A stretch of 63,346 nt of DNA, the filler included, from Octopus bimaculoides (lineage: Eukaryota): the NCBI RefSeq assembly GCF_001194135.2. It is 8 parts of 8 records of this genome, joined end to end, with 100 filler letters (N's around TTAATTAATTAA, not from the genome) between each part and the next. Parts side by side here need not be neighbours in the genome. Positions count along the whole stretch, not along the records: positions 37,002 to 59,327 come from NC_068993.1; 7 more parts are not named here. One strand, 5' to 3'. This document shows positions 39,920 to 53,014 of this stretch, piece by piece. Under the pieces are notes generated by a model, which made no database searches, was not told the origin of the DNA, and saw only the letters and a program-made list of their open reading frames with translations. Within the stretch, counting starts at the first letter, position 1. Each line of letters opens with the position of its first letter. A program made the position numbers and the translations under genes.

Positions 39920-41871
39920 ACACACACACAACCACACACACACACACACACACGCACACACACACACACGCACACACACACACACACACACACAGTATAA
40001 CACAAGCAAAAATAAAATTTGGTGTATAAGAAGGCTAAGACCAAGCGCACCCGACTGTGAATATATTAGCATGGATTGTGGCATTCACTGAAAACAAAAA
40101 TTTAGGCATCCGGTTTTCTATACAACTTCCGGCCAAATCGGCACCACCTGGTGATCTCTTAAATGAAGCATGACTCTTGTAGTTATGGAGCATTAGTAAT
40201 GTTTAACTATTACATTAAATGGTAGTTGTCTGTATAATGTATACTATTCTCTATAATTCTTTTGCCAACCGTCTCCATCGACTTCATTACCGTCGTCATC
40301 GTGATCACGACCATCATCATGGTCATCATGCTCGTAGTCATGGTTTCTCTCCTCCCCGCCATCGTCGTCGTCGTCGTAGCCGTCCTCCTCCTCCTCCTTA
40401 ACATAATCATCATCATCATCATCATGCTTATTATCCACGATTCGATTAAGGGCCGAACTAAATACTCGGTGCTCTTTCTTCCGGCTCTCTACGTTCGAAG
40501 TTCAAAAGCCATGGAGTTTAACTTTTAATCTTTCAGGATCAACATAATAAATACCAGATGCGCAGTGGGGTCGTTGTAAAAACCACTAGCTGCCTCACCC
40601 ACCAAAAGTTTAGGACTTCAACCTATAGTAGAAGGCATTGTTAATGTTACTAGTATTATTATCATTAATATAATTTTGGTTCTCAGAATTTCGGTTTGCA
40701 ACCTATTGATCACGAACATTATCGAATTGCATCGCTTCTTATTCAAATGTCTGGACCATAGTAGGCATGGCTTTGGAGCCACAATTTCTTGACTTTAGTA
40801 CGACACCACCTTGGGTAAGTTACTGTTGCTAAATTCCTGATCCTACCAATTCTTTGTAAGTAAATTTAAGTGCTCGTCCGTCTTAGAGTGTTTTAGCTAT
40901 AACACACCAAATCTTGGCAATCCATGTTAGTTTAATTTACTAGTTTCTCGTACCCTAGCGATTCGGCCAAACAGACCGATAGAATAAGTAACAAACTTTA
41001 AACATTGGGTCTATCTGTCTAAAACCTAGGTATACAGACTAAACCTTCAAAGAGGTTCCCTAGAATGGCTGCAGCCCAATGTCTGAAACCAATAAAAAGA
41101 AGAAAAAAAAGACAATCTTAGGACACAACAAGCATTTTCAATAATGTTTTGTGGAAGGAAACGTTCTGTATATTTGATGCAACTAAGTTTTTTACCAGAT
41201 TTTTCTTGAGAAATACGTTAACTTTACATGTATTTGTATTGCATCACTCGGTTACGCCATACTTAGTAATATAATAAGTAGGTAGTTGAATTCATTTATG
41301 TACTGAAAACTTCCAATTTCTCATTCACGTATCTATACATGTATCTAGCTCTCTCTTTCTCTCTCTCCCATTCTGTCACTCTCTTTCTCTCCGTATATAT
41401 ATGTATGTATACAGGCAGACTTTTATATATGTGTATATATATATATACATGTGTGTATGTATGTATGTATGTATATATATATATATGTATGTATGCATGA
41501 ATATGTGTGTGTGTGTGTATGTGTGTGTGTGTGTGTGTAAGTACCTATATATATCACGAGATAGACCAGAGTCTTGGATGTTGTAATACCTCGCTGGACA
41601 AAATGAGCTTTTTAGCTTCTGAATGTTGACCATCTCGTTGGCTACGCGAGTAGGTCAACGTACCCCTTCCTCGGAAGGCTGCAACGCTGCGGAGTGTCTC
41701 ATTTACAGCCGAGCGGACCAGAGCTACGTGAAATGACGTGTTTAATTCAAGAAATCATCGGGAACTGCAAATACAATATCCTTATGTATCTTACTTCGAC
41801 TTTCATTCTCTTACTTCCCTCTGTACTTCTTATCTTCTGTACAATAATTAATACTCAAACATTTTCTCGGA

Positions 41872-41922
41872 CCGTCTCTGATGAAAGGATATATAAAATA
41901 TCCCGGAAACAGCTGTATGACC
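41872..41922 (+). ncRNA. Degenerate minimal type I hammerhead ribozyme (Penelope type)
   Basis: CTGATGA (41878-84), stem II GGATAT/ATATCC, GAAA (41906-09), palindromic stem III ACAGCTGT, GUA cleavage triplet. Stem I is only GTC/GAC. Confidence 0.5.
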
Positions 41923-42514
41923 TTTTCTTTATAAATGTCCTGAAAACTATTTACAGCCATGGATATTTTTTTTATCTCATTCTGTCAATTATATGTATAT
42001 GTATGTGTGTGTGTATGTGTGTGTGTGTGTGTGTNNNNNNNNNNNNNNNNNNNNNNNNNNNNNNNNNNNNNNNNNNNNNNNNNNNNNNNNNNNNNNNNNN
42101 NNNNNNNNNNNNNNNNNNNNNNNNNNNNNNNNNNNNNNNNNNNNNNNNNNNNNNNNNNNNNNNNNNNNNNNNNNNNNNNNNNNNNNNNNNNNNNNNNNNN
42201 NNNNNNNNNNNNNNNNNNNNNNNNNNNNNNNNNNNNNNNNNNNNNNNNNNNNNNNNNNNNNNNNNNNNNNNNNNNNNNNNNNNNNNNNNNNNNNNNNNNN
42301 NNNNNNNNNNNNNNNNNNNNNNNNNNNNNNNNNNNNNNNNNNNNNATTTGTATATATGGACGAGGCAATGCTCGATGTTATTAAAAGATAACATAATAGC
42401 TATAGTTTTATTTCGTGAAGCAAGCACAAGTAACATGCATGTTAAACGAGATTCTGCTGTGTTCCCCAACATAAACAAGGACACTGTAACCAGTATATGT
42501 ATATGTATGTGTGT

Positions 42515-42570
<56 letters not shown>

Positions 42571-42598
42571 ATATAGCTAGGTATGTATGTATAAATAC

Positions 42599-42667
42599 CT
42601 GATTGTCTGAATTGCACTCGGTCTTCCAGACGATTTTCTTCGTCGCCAATTGAAAAGAGGCCAAAAT
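42599..42667 (-). CDS. Candidate internal exon of an unidentified gene
   Basis: Acceptor TTTTTGCTACAAG, donor CAG/GTATTT; xFGLFSIGDEENRLEDRVQFRQS, phase 1 to 1. Confidence 0.25.
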
Positions 42668-43009
42668 CTTGTAGCAAAAACTGCTTGTTGGCAAAAATTC
42701 AATCATATTCTGAATAAATGACTTTCAAATGAAACTAGATCCACGATCAGACGGATATCCCTTGTTGCCATCATGGTGGAAACGGTTGCTGTTTTGTTGC
42801 CGTGCTCGTTATAGTAGTTGTTTTATGTTCGTGTTATTGTTCCTGTTTTGCTTTTATTCTCCTTTTGCGTGTCTTTATATTTTTTGTACGTCTGTAACCT
42901 GTACACTGTCCGGATGTGCGTATATAAACATACATATATTTACTCACACACACACATATATATAGACATGTATATATGTATATATATATATGTATACATA
43001 TAGATATGC

Positions 43010-43052
<43 letters not shown>

Positions 43053-43204
43053 CGCGCGAGAGCGCGTGTGTGTGCACATTACATCATAATTTGCAGTTGT
43101 TTTCGTACATCCAGTGTTTTCTCTTTCTTTCTTACATCGTTAGTCGTCTTTCCTTCTACTCATTTCTCTTCGACATCTTCCTCCTCCTCCTCCTTTTTCC
43201 GTAC

Positions 43205-43262
<58 letters not shown>

Positions 43263-43705
43263 CATTATTATTATTAAGGCGGTGAGCTGGCAGAAATTTT
43301 GGCACGCCGGCTGAAATGCTTAGTCGTATGTCGTCTGCCGCTACNNNNNNNNNNNNNNNNNNNNNNNNNNNNNNNNNNNNNNNNNNNNNNNNNNNNNNNN
43401 NNNNNNNNNNNNNNNNNNNNNNNNNNNNNNNNNNNNNNNNNNNNNNNNNNNNNNNNNNNNNNNNNNNNNNNNNNNNNNNNNNNNNNNNNNNNNNNNNNNN
43501 NNNNNNNNNNNNNNNNNNNNNNNNNNNNNNNNNNNNNNNNNNNNNNNNNNNNNNNNNNNNNNNNNNNNNNNNNNNNNNNNNNNNNNNNNNNNNNNNNNNN
43601 NNNNNNNNNNNNNNNNNNNNNNNNNNNNNNNNNNNNNNNNNNNNNNNNNNNNNNNNNNNNNNNNNNNNNNNNNNNNNNNNNNNNNNNNNNNNNNNNNNNN
43701 NNNNN

Positions 43706-43793
<88 letters not shown>

Positions 43794-43889
43794 GTAGATA
43801 GATAGATCGATCGATCGATCGATCGTGAACACAATATAGAAAACATCACAGAGCTAAATGCTCTCCATAAAAGATTTCTAAGAAATCCC

Positions 43890-44260
43890 TACGGTTTTAC
43901 ATAGGCGGACATATTGTCTAAATGACAGTTGTTTCATAAATGTGATATAAAGAGCATAGACGCCTTCTTGAGTCAGTCTAATATAAGATGGCTGGCGATG
44001 TTGCTAGGATGAATAATGAAAAACCGCCGAAAAATTTCTCTAGTGCCCAACTTCATACGCGGATGCGAAATGTGGGAAGACTTCTCAGATACAAGGATAA
44101 GCTGAAAAGTATAATATCAAGCATATTGGAATAAAGGCATCAGAATTTGAGGAACGTGCTGCTAATTGTAATAAGTAAAGGAGATAGCTGACCTCGTGCG
44201 CCATATAAACACAAGGACTGAGTATCTTGACGGTATAAGGCGAGATCAAACGGATGCAGT
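43890..44260 (+). mobile_element. RTE/BovB-like LINE 3' fragment
   Basis: ...AGDVARMNNEKPPKNFSSAQLHTRMRNVGRLLRYKDKLKSII resembles RWAGHVxRM...RNVGRPRLRYKD. Confidence 0.7.
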
Positions 44261-44722
44261 TTCTTTTAACGTTTCGTGGGTGAATGATGCGTCTGGTTTG
44301 CAAAAACAAAGCAGGTCTAGTGTCTCAGAGACGACACAAATGTGGAGTAAAAGACGACAGTAAAATACTTTGACCCACATGCATCGAAAACTACACACAC
44401 ACATACACACACAAACATAAACACTAACACACACACACATATTGCTGATGTTTAAGCTCTGAATTATTGACATATATTTTGCTTACTTAGCAGTCAGTCT
44501 ATATATTTTTTCCTGCAAAATTTCTATTTATCTTCCTTCATTCAGTGGATTTTTCTAGATTTCTAGCTGGTGATGAAAAAACAGAAATGAACGATGCGCT
44601 GGAGTCTAAAAAATAATGTATATACCATGACATTACTTCAGAAGTAGAACATAAACAATACATAAGTATACACAAACACACACACATTTGTAAATATACA
44701 TGTGTGTGTGTATACATATATC

Positions 44723-44766
<44 letters not shown>

Positions 44767-46107
44767 NNNNNNNNNNNNNNNNNNNNNNNNNNNNNNNNNN
44801 NNNNNNNNNNNNNNNNNNNNNNNNNNNNNNNNNNNNNNNNNNNNNNNNNNNNNNNNNNNNNNNNNNNNNNNNNNNNNNNNNNNNNNNNNNNNNNNNNNNN
44901 NNNNNNNNNNNNNNNNNNNNNNNNNNNNNNNNNNNNNNNNNNNNNNNNNNNNNNNNNNNNNNNNNNNNNNNNNNNNNNNNNNNNNNNNNNNNNNNNNNNN
45001 NNNNNNNNNNNNNNNNNNNNNNNNNNNNNNNNNNNNNNNNNNNNNNNNNNNNNNNNNNNNNNNNNNNNNNNNNNNNNNNNNNNNNNNNNNNNNNNNNNNN
45101 NNNNNNNNNNNNNNNNNNNNNNNNNNNNNNNNNNNNNNNNNNNNNNNNNNNNNNNNNNNNNNNNNNNNNNNNNNNNNNNNNNNNNNNNNNNNNNNNNNNN
45201 NNNNNNNNNNNNNNNNNNNNNNNNNNNNNNNNNNNNNNNNNNNNNNNNNNNNNNNNNNNNNNNNNNNNNNNNNNNNNNNNNNNNNNNNNNNNNNNNNNNN
45301 NNNNNNNNNNNNNNNNNNNNNNNNNNNNNNNNNNNNNNNNNNNNNNNNNNNNNNNNNNNNNNNNNNNNNNNNNNNNNNNNNNNNNNNNNNNNNNNNNNNN
45401 NNNNNNNNNNNNNNNNNNNNNNNNNNNNNNNNNNNNNNNNNNNNNNNNNNNNNNNNNNNNNNNNNNNNNNNNNNNNTATATATAGATATGCATACATATA
45501 TGCGTGTGTGTGTGTTAAACATAAGCGGACGAAGAGCTACAATTGTTTCTGTAACATTTCTTTCCAACAACGTTGTGTTGGAAAGTCGTGTAAAAATGGA
45601 AAAGTACGCAGTATGCATGGTTGCTCATATCAACGTAGGCTTAGGCTAGAAATAATCGTGAGAGAGCTCGGGTCCCGACAAATTGTTCTCTTAATCATGT
45701 GCTACTCAAATGTATTTAACAATAGATATTGCGTAATATTTCACACGTTTATGTTGCAAGCGAAAGGACACGGAAACAATTCTCTTGCAATTACTTTCCT
45801 CTTTGAAACACTTGCGTAGTGTTTTCAACTGTAACGTACTTGAAGTTTACATTTTCATCAAAATTACAGTATTAGATTGTGGTGTTCGTGTATTAGAAAT
45901 ACAACGACTTTCCACCCCTACAGGAGCCTGCTGATATATGACCCACGTTGGCCTGCTCATTCGCATAACTAACGAACCTGGAGCCTATGGTCTGTCCATA
46001 GCACTTACTCACCATTACGTGACACCTTTGGGTCTTCTTGATGCCATTACCTCTCATATATATATTTGTTTTGCAAGATTTTTGATGTGAAATCGTGTGT
46101 TGAAACA

Positions 46108-46379
46108 GATGTTGTTGTACTTGGGGATGGTCATATTGCTAGTTTAGCCAATAAAAACACACACGCTGTATATTTGGTGTTAATTTGCTTCAGCTTTATA
46201 TTACATTACATTACATTACATTAATCCTATTTCGGCCAGATGAGGTCACAGAAGTGTGACGAAATAGGATTAATGTAATGTAATGTAATATAAAGCTGAA
46301 GCAAATTAACACCAAATATACAGTCCGTGTGTTTTTATTGGCTAAACTGGCAATATGACCATCCCCAAGTACAACACAT
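46108..46379. repeat. Long inverted repeat, about 120-bp arms, running into a gap
   Basis: 46108-46234 is the near-perfect reverse complement of 46260-46379, with a 25-nt spacer. Confidence 0.9.
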
Positions 46380-46876
46380 NNNNNNNNNNNNNNNNNNNNN
46401 NNNNNNNNNNNNNNNNNNNNNNNNNNNNNNNNNNNNNNNNNNNNNNNNNNNNNNNNNNNNNNNNNNNNNNNNNNNNNNNNNNNNNNNNNNNNNNNNNNNN
46501 NNNNNNNNNNNNNNNNNNNNNNNNNNNNNNNNNNNNNNNNNNNNNNNNNNNNNNNNNNNNNNNNNNNNNNNNNNNNNNNNNNNNNNNNNNNNNNNNNNNN
46601 NNNNNNNNNNNNNNNNNNNNNNNNNNNNNNNNNNNNNNNNNNNNNNNNNNNNNNNNNNNNNNNNNNNNNNNNNNNNNNNNNNNNNNNNNNNNNNNNNNNN
46701 NNNNNNNNNNNNNNNNNNNNNNNNNNNNNNNNNNNNNNNNNNNNNNNNNNNNNNNNNNNNNNNNNNNNNNNNNNNNNNTGGCATACCGTGACGGAAAAGT
46801 CTTATTTTCAGGAGACAAGAAGAGTGTTTCAAACGAGGGATGCTATCTTAATGTCTCATAATCACAAATCAGAGAG

Positions 46877-46925
<49 letters not shown>

Positions 46926-48204
46926 ATTTTATTCTTTTATTTTTTTATTTGCTGCAGTCATTTGACTGCGGCCAAGCCGGAGTATCGCCTTTTAGTCGAA
47001 GAAATCGACCCCAGGAATTATTCTTTGTAAGCCTGGTACTTATTCTATCGGTCTCTTTTGCCGAACCATTAAGTTACATGGACATAAAAGAATTAATATC
47101 GGTTGTCACGTGGTGGTTGGTGGCGGTGGGGACACAGACATACACACACAAACACACACACACTTCAGCAACAAAGAGTAATAGGTGTATGATATAGAAA
47201 ACTTGCTAACGTATCCTTGATTCATTCAAATCACATCTTCGATAAAGAATGTAGCAACTGTTTGGTTTCTGAACAGGAGGCAGACGTATGTGCATAAGTA
47301 TATATATATATATATATATATNNNNNNNNNNNNNNNNNNNNNNNNNNNNNNNNNNNNNNNNNNNNNNNNNNNNNNNNNNNNNNNNNNNNNNNNNNNNNNN
47401 NNNNNNNNNNNNNNNNNNNNNNNNNNNNNNNNNNNNNNNNNNNNNNNNNNNNNNNNNNNNNNNNNNNNNNNNNNNNNNNNNNNNNNNNNNNNNNNNNNNN
47501 NNNNNNNNNNNNNNNNNNNNNNNNNNNNNNNNNNNNNNNNNNNNNNNNNNNNNNNNNNNNNNNNNNNNNNNNNNNNNNNNNNNNNNNNNNNNNNNNNNNN
47601 NNNNNNATATATAAATGTACATATATGCATACGGATAGATAGATAGATAGATAGATACAGAGAGAGAGAAAAAAAATGTATTTTTGTGTGTTTTCGCTCA
47701 CGTGTCTGCGCGTGCTGGTGTGTGTTTGTTTGTGTGTGTGTGTGTGCGTGTGTGTGTGCGCGTGCGTGTGCGTGTGCGTGTGCGTGTGCGTGTGCGTGTG
47801 CGTGTGACAGAGAGGGAGATGACTATTAAAATTCATATAAATCCTGACATGTATGATGAACAAACCAAAAATTTATATGACCTGGGGAATTGGATAAATA
47901 AATGTGTGATGCTTCATATTAATCTTTAGAATATGCTAAATAAATATCAATAAATAAGCAATGATTTATCCATCGGAGTTGTCTTGATGCCATATTTATA
48001 TATATTCACTGAGAACTACACATATACAACGAACGCACACAAATATGTGTATACATATAGGAAGGAACCAACAAAGTACACACACGCACACACCTACACA
48101 CACATGCACACACGTACACACATGTGTACACAGACACATAAACACACAAATACACACACATATATACATGCATACTCTTGTGTGTGTGTATGTAATTGTG
48201 TGTG

Positions 48205-48283
<79 letters not shown>

Positions 48284-48439
48284 GTGTGTGCGTGTATACA
48301 CAGACACGCAGGAAGTAAATGGACACCTTTAATTCTCAAAGTTTCTGATCTAAGCGTCTTAATATGTCTTCCATGATGTAGAATTTACAATCTAATTATT
48401 CTTTTTCATTCCAGTTGCCATTATATTAAACATTTGCGA

Positions 48440-48976
48440 AGAGTAACCATACCAAGAACAAAAAATTCAGCAGAACTCTTAGATTTTTAAAGTGGTCGTA
48501 TTGTTCGGCAATCTGAGACTGGTATTAGCCAGCGAAAAATTGCAGAAAATCTTCAAATTCATCTTGCTACAATTAATAGAATTATATAGTGCCATTCAAA
48601 AGCCAAGGAAAAGTATCAACAGATTCCCGTCCCGGCCGACCTGGGCCCTCGGAAAGGAAGCTTTGCTGTTTGAAGAGAATTGTGGAAAACGAACCACGTT
48701 CGAAGGTTTCTGACATTGCAAAACAGCTAGAAGTTACTCCAAGAACGTGTGTCACATATCTGCATAAGTTTGGGTATTATGGACGAGTAGCTAGAAGAAA
48801 ACCCTTCCTTCAACCAATTAATATCATGAAAAGAAATGGGCTAAGGAGATGTCAGAAAAATCCAGTTCATTTTGGGATAGACTGACTTTCTCAGATGAAT
48901 CCTGATTTGCATTATTTTCAGACAGTGGACGTGTTTGGGTGGGGAGCCTTCTCAGTCAAAAATTTGATTTGAAACG
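48440..48976 (+). mobile_element. Tc1 transposase N-terminal remnant
   Basis: GISQRKIAENLQIHLATINRII (HTH), RPGRP, GRVARRKPFL, TFSDES (first Asp). The remnant breaks off at the hairpin. Confidence 0.85.
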
Positions 48977-49053
48977 CATGGGAACCAGCTTAAACGTAAG
49001 ACATTTTAACCGAATATCGGTTAAAATGTCTTACGTTTAAGCTGGTTCCCATG
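48977..49053. repeat. Perfect 37-bp inverted repeat with a 3-nt loop
   Basis: CATGGGAACCAGCTTAAACGTAAGACATTTTAACCGA-ATA-TCGGTTAAAATGTCTTACGTTTAAGCTGGTTCCCATG. Confidence 0.97.
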
Positions 49054-49145
49054 TATTTCCCTGAAGAGAAGATTACATTCTTATCAACATCGCCTATTCC
49101 TATGGAAGGTATAGTTTGTATTCTTCGAAACATATGTTGGAAATA
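49054..49145 (+). ncRNA. Type I hammerhead ribozyme (Penelope-like element type), core intact
   Basis: Stem I TATTTCC/GGAAATA (7 bp), core CTGAAGA (49061-67), stem II GAAGATTACA/TGTATTCTTC (9 of 10 pairs), GAAA (49127-30), palindromic stem III ACATATGT, GUU triplet with predicted cleavage after 49138. Confidence 0.75.
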
Positions 49146-49418
49146 AAAGTATTCAGTTAACATATGCGTTNNNNNNNNNNNNNNNNNNNNNNNNNNNNNN
49201 NNNNNNNNNNNNNNNNNNNNNNNNNNNNNNNNNNNNNNNNNNNNNNNNNNNNNNNNNNNNNNNNNNNNNNNNNNNNNNNNNNNNNNNNNNNNNTATATAT
49301 ATATATATATGTATGTATGTATGCATGTATATATAGGAAACAGGAATGTGTACACACATAGATACACACAAACTGAAAAATAAAAGCGCACTCTCACTTT
49401 TACACATATACACATAAA

Positions 49419-49457
<39 letters not shown>

Positions 49458-49774
49458 ATGCATATGTACACACACATGCAGACATACCGCCCTATTTCGG
49501 TGTATCTAACGTCACCCAATTTTTCCTAATCTTATCCGCATTCCGACCTGCTTTTGTTACCAACTCATATTGAGTGAACCCGTATACGTATGTTTGAGTA
49601 TTACAATTACATTTGTTAGTATAAAGACGATTTGTAGATTGGTATCACGGTATCCCTGTAGCTACTGCTGGCCCCTCCAGCCATGTGTAACAAACTACGT
49701 CATGAACATTAAATGATGAACCTCAAATCACTGCCCTCACAATGATAATACTTTCTATATACACATGCAATGAC

Positions 49775-49833
<59 letters not shown>

Positions 49834-51138
49834 ACTATCTATCTATCTATCCATCTTCTCTCTATCCATATGTATGTATGTAATTATTCATACATATGTG
49901 TGTGTGTTTGCATGTGTGTGTTTGCATGTGTGTGTATATTTGCGAGTGTGTGTATTCACATATATATACAGGCACACACACACTCACACACATACACACG
50001 CATGTGTATATAAATTTACGAATATTATATATATGTCTGTGTATCATATGCTCACATACATATAGATATATAAGTGTATATATATATATATGCATAATGT
50101 ATATATATATATATATANNNNNNNNNNNNNNNNNNNNNNNNNNNNNNNNNNNNNNNNNNNNNNNNNNNNNNNNNNNNNNNNNNNNNNNNNNNNNNNNNNN
50201 NNNNNNNNNNNNNNNNNNNNNNNNNNNNNNNNNNNNNNNNNNNNNNNNNNNNNNNNNNNNNNNNNNNNNNNNNNNNNNNNNNNNNNNNNNNNNNNNNNNN
50301 NNNNNNNNNNNNNNNNNNNNNNNNNNNNNNNNNNNNNNNNNNNNNNNNNNNNNNNNNNNNNNNNNNNNNNNNNNNNNNNNNNNNNNNNNNNNNNNNNNNN
50401 NNNNNNNNNNNNNNNNNNNNNNNNNNNNNNNNNNNNNNNNNNNNNNNNNNNNNNNNNNNNNNNNNNNNNNNNNNNNNNNNNNNNNNNNNNNNNNNNNNNN
50501 NNNNNNNNNNNNNNNNNNNNNNNNNNNNNNNNNATATATACATATATTTATATATACGGATACATTTGTGTATAAATGTGTACGAGGGCATCAGGTACAT
50601 CTCATCAGTTTGCAGATCGGGGAAAACAGTATGTATTTATGAGGTCATAAAGTATATTTTCAACGAAAACCTTTACCTTAAAAGATAATTAAAAAAAAAA
50701 TACTTTGAAGATTATAACAAAAAATGTATTCGCGAACAAATAAATATGGCGCCCGCTCAATGAGGAAAACCCAGCACAAAGAATGAAGCATCACACGTAC
50801 AGTTGTTTCTCCGTTTCTCCATAAAAATATTTTATATTTAGACATGTTGTTTACATTCGCTCTGTTATACAGTATTAGCTAAAAAGTTAATGGATGTAAT
50901 GCTCTGTCGTAGAAACAAAATTGTAAACATACCAGCAATTTTTGCAAATGTATGCTTAGAATTATATTAGCAAAATTAGTAAATATATTACAAACAACGC
51001 AAATTTATATTCGCTGTTTGTTAAACCGCAATCGTTATAAGAATCTATTTCCTCCTATCTCCAGCAACGTCATTATATATCCCTCCTTCTAATCACCAAT
51101 AACATTATGTACATACATATATACTTGCACACACACGC

Positions 51139-51214
<76 letters not shown>

Positions 51215-51221
51215 ACACACA

Positions 51222-51598
51222 GTATCTGACCACCACTCTGCCTGACAGATGGGTGGAACGTTATGGACAGACTCACGGAATGTGACTTCTTCCTCTGGGG
51301 GTCTGTGAAACGGCGCGTACACGTATTTCTCCTTCCCAGAGACATGGATGATCTGGAAACTTGAATAACTAAAGCCTTGGCAACCATTGACAGCACTATG
51401 CTTCATCGCGTTTGGCAAGAATTGGATTATCATTTGGATGTGTGCTGTGCAACCCACGGCCCTCACATTGAACACCTGTTAAAACCTGTGTAGAAACTTT
51501 AAAATATTAGCTTTCAGAAAATATAAATTGTATTTTAATATTCTGAATAGTTAAGGTATACAGTGTCGTAAGGTGACACAAACTTTTGAAACACCCTG
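51222..51598 (+). mobile_element. Tc3/mariner-like transposase 3' end with right TIR
   Basis: YLTTTLPDRWVER...CDFFLWGSVKRRVHV...MLHRVWQELDYHLDVCCATHGPHIEHL, ending CTTTTGAAACACCCTG. Confidence 0.8.
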
Positions 51599-51777
51599 TG
51601 TATGTGTGTGTGTGTGTGTNNNNNNNNNNNNNNNNNNNNNNNNNNNNNNNNNNNNNNNNNNNNNNNNNNNNNNNNNNNNNNNNNNNNNNNNNNNNNNNNN
51701 NNNNNNNNNNNNNNNNNNNNNNNNNNNNNNNNNNNNNNNNNNNNNNNNNNNNNNNNNNNNNNNNNNNNNNNNNNGTG

Positions 51778-51808
<31 letters not shown>

Positions 51809-52337
51809 AAAACTTAATGAAGACAGTATATAATTTTATGAGCCACTAATAATTTCATGCGATGAGATGACTCATGCAAAATTGTACATGTCTGAGGCTT
51901 TCACTCAACCCTCCTACCCACGGGCTCAGAGGATATATCATATGCTGCTTGAAATTTTATATATTGCGAGCAGAATCAAGTTGTTTCTATGTCTAGCAGA
52001 CGAGGCCTCCAGTACTGTAGAGAGGCAGGTATAGCCCGAAACCAGACTGGTCTGCTGGTTCGGTCACCAGAAGGTGGTAGGGGTTCGCTCGCCAACTTGC
52101 AATATCACGGGTGCAGCCTTGCATCATTAGCCAGCGAGAGGCGATGTCCTCTCGAGGTTAAAATATCGCAGTAGATCTTAGATTGTACAGCTACAGCGTT
52201 GATCTCTTAGATTTTAGAACTAGTTTTTTTACTTATATATTTATATATACACATGCATACATGCATGCATACATGCATGCATACATGCATGCATACATAC
52301 ATACATACATGCATGCATACATACATACATACATACA

Positions 52338-52368
<31 letters not shown>

Positions 52369-52943
52369 GTGTTATGTATATATACATATCATATGTCAAA
52401 TGATGAACATCAGAATGCCAAGTAAATATTCATTTGCAGTTTCTGAATATAACAAACACATTCTATTTGTTTATTATATTTGACTCATCTTCTTCTGTAA
52501 AGTGTACTTCATTAATTTCCACTGAGACTAAACTATCAGCTAGCTTTCAAACCGCCTGCGTTTTGAACGAACGGCGGACATAAGAAACATGTAGAGCATT
52601 TTGACAGGATCAGAGAGAACCAGCCGAGATCAACCTTGCTAGTAATAGGTTGGTGTGTTTTGACCCTCTCAAAATGGGAAAGCTTAATTCTGAAGTTCTA
52701 AGAGATTATGTTATATGTCTTTCTTTCACTTTCTCTGTCCCTTTCTCCCTCTCAATCTTTCCCTGTGGTTGTTTGGCTAAAAAGGTTACTTCGTAGCTAC
52801 ATGGTTCTGGATTCAGTCCCCTTGCAGGTTAGTGCCTTCTAATATAGCTTCGAGCCGAAAAAAGCTTTGCAAATGGAATTTGTAGACGGAGTCTGAAAGA
52901 AGCCCGTTGTAAAGAATGATAGATAAATAACTAGACAGATTGG

Positions 52944-53014
<71 letters not shown>

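Noticed and set aside
42599-42667. DFG tripeptide as part of the TBK1-like kinase
   Set aside because: It is on the opposite strand and the following residues do not fit an activation loop.
46221-46270. Hammerhead-like CAGATGAG...hairpin...GAAA at the palindrome apex
   Set aside because: U4 is replaced by A, there is an extra G before stem II and no room for stem I; GAAATAGG is just the inverted arm.
44538-48376. Long ORFs made of X, YI, CV, HT, LS and MYVC repeats (and all similar ORFs in the track)
   Set aside because: Translations of N gaps and microsatellites.
51989-52174. GC-rich 61-aa ORF
   Set aside because: Resembles a diverged interspersed repeat (probable RTE 5' region, recalled not verified); no domain recognised.
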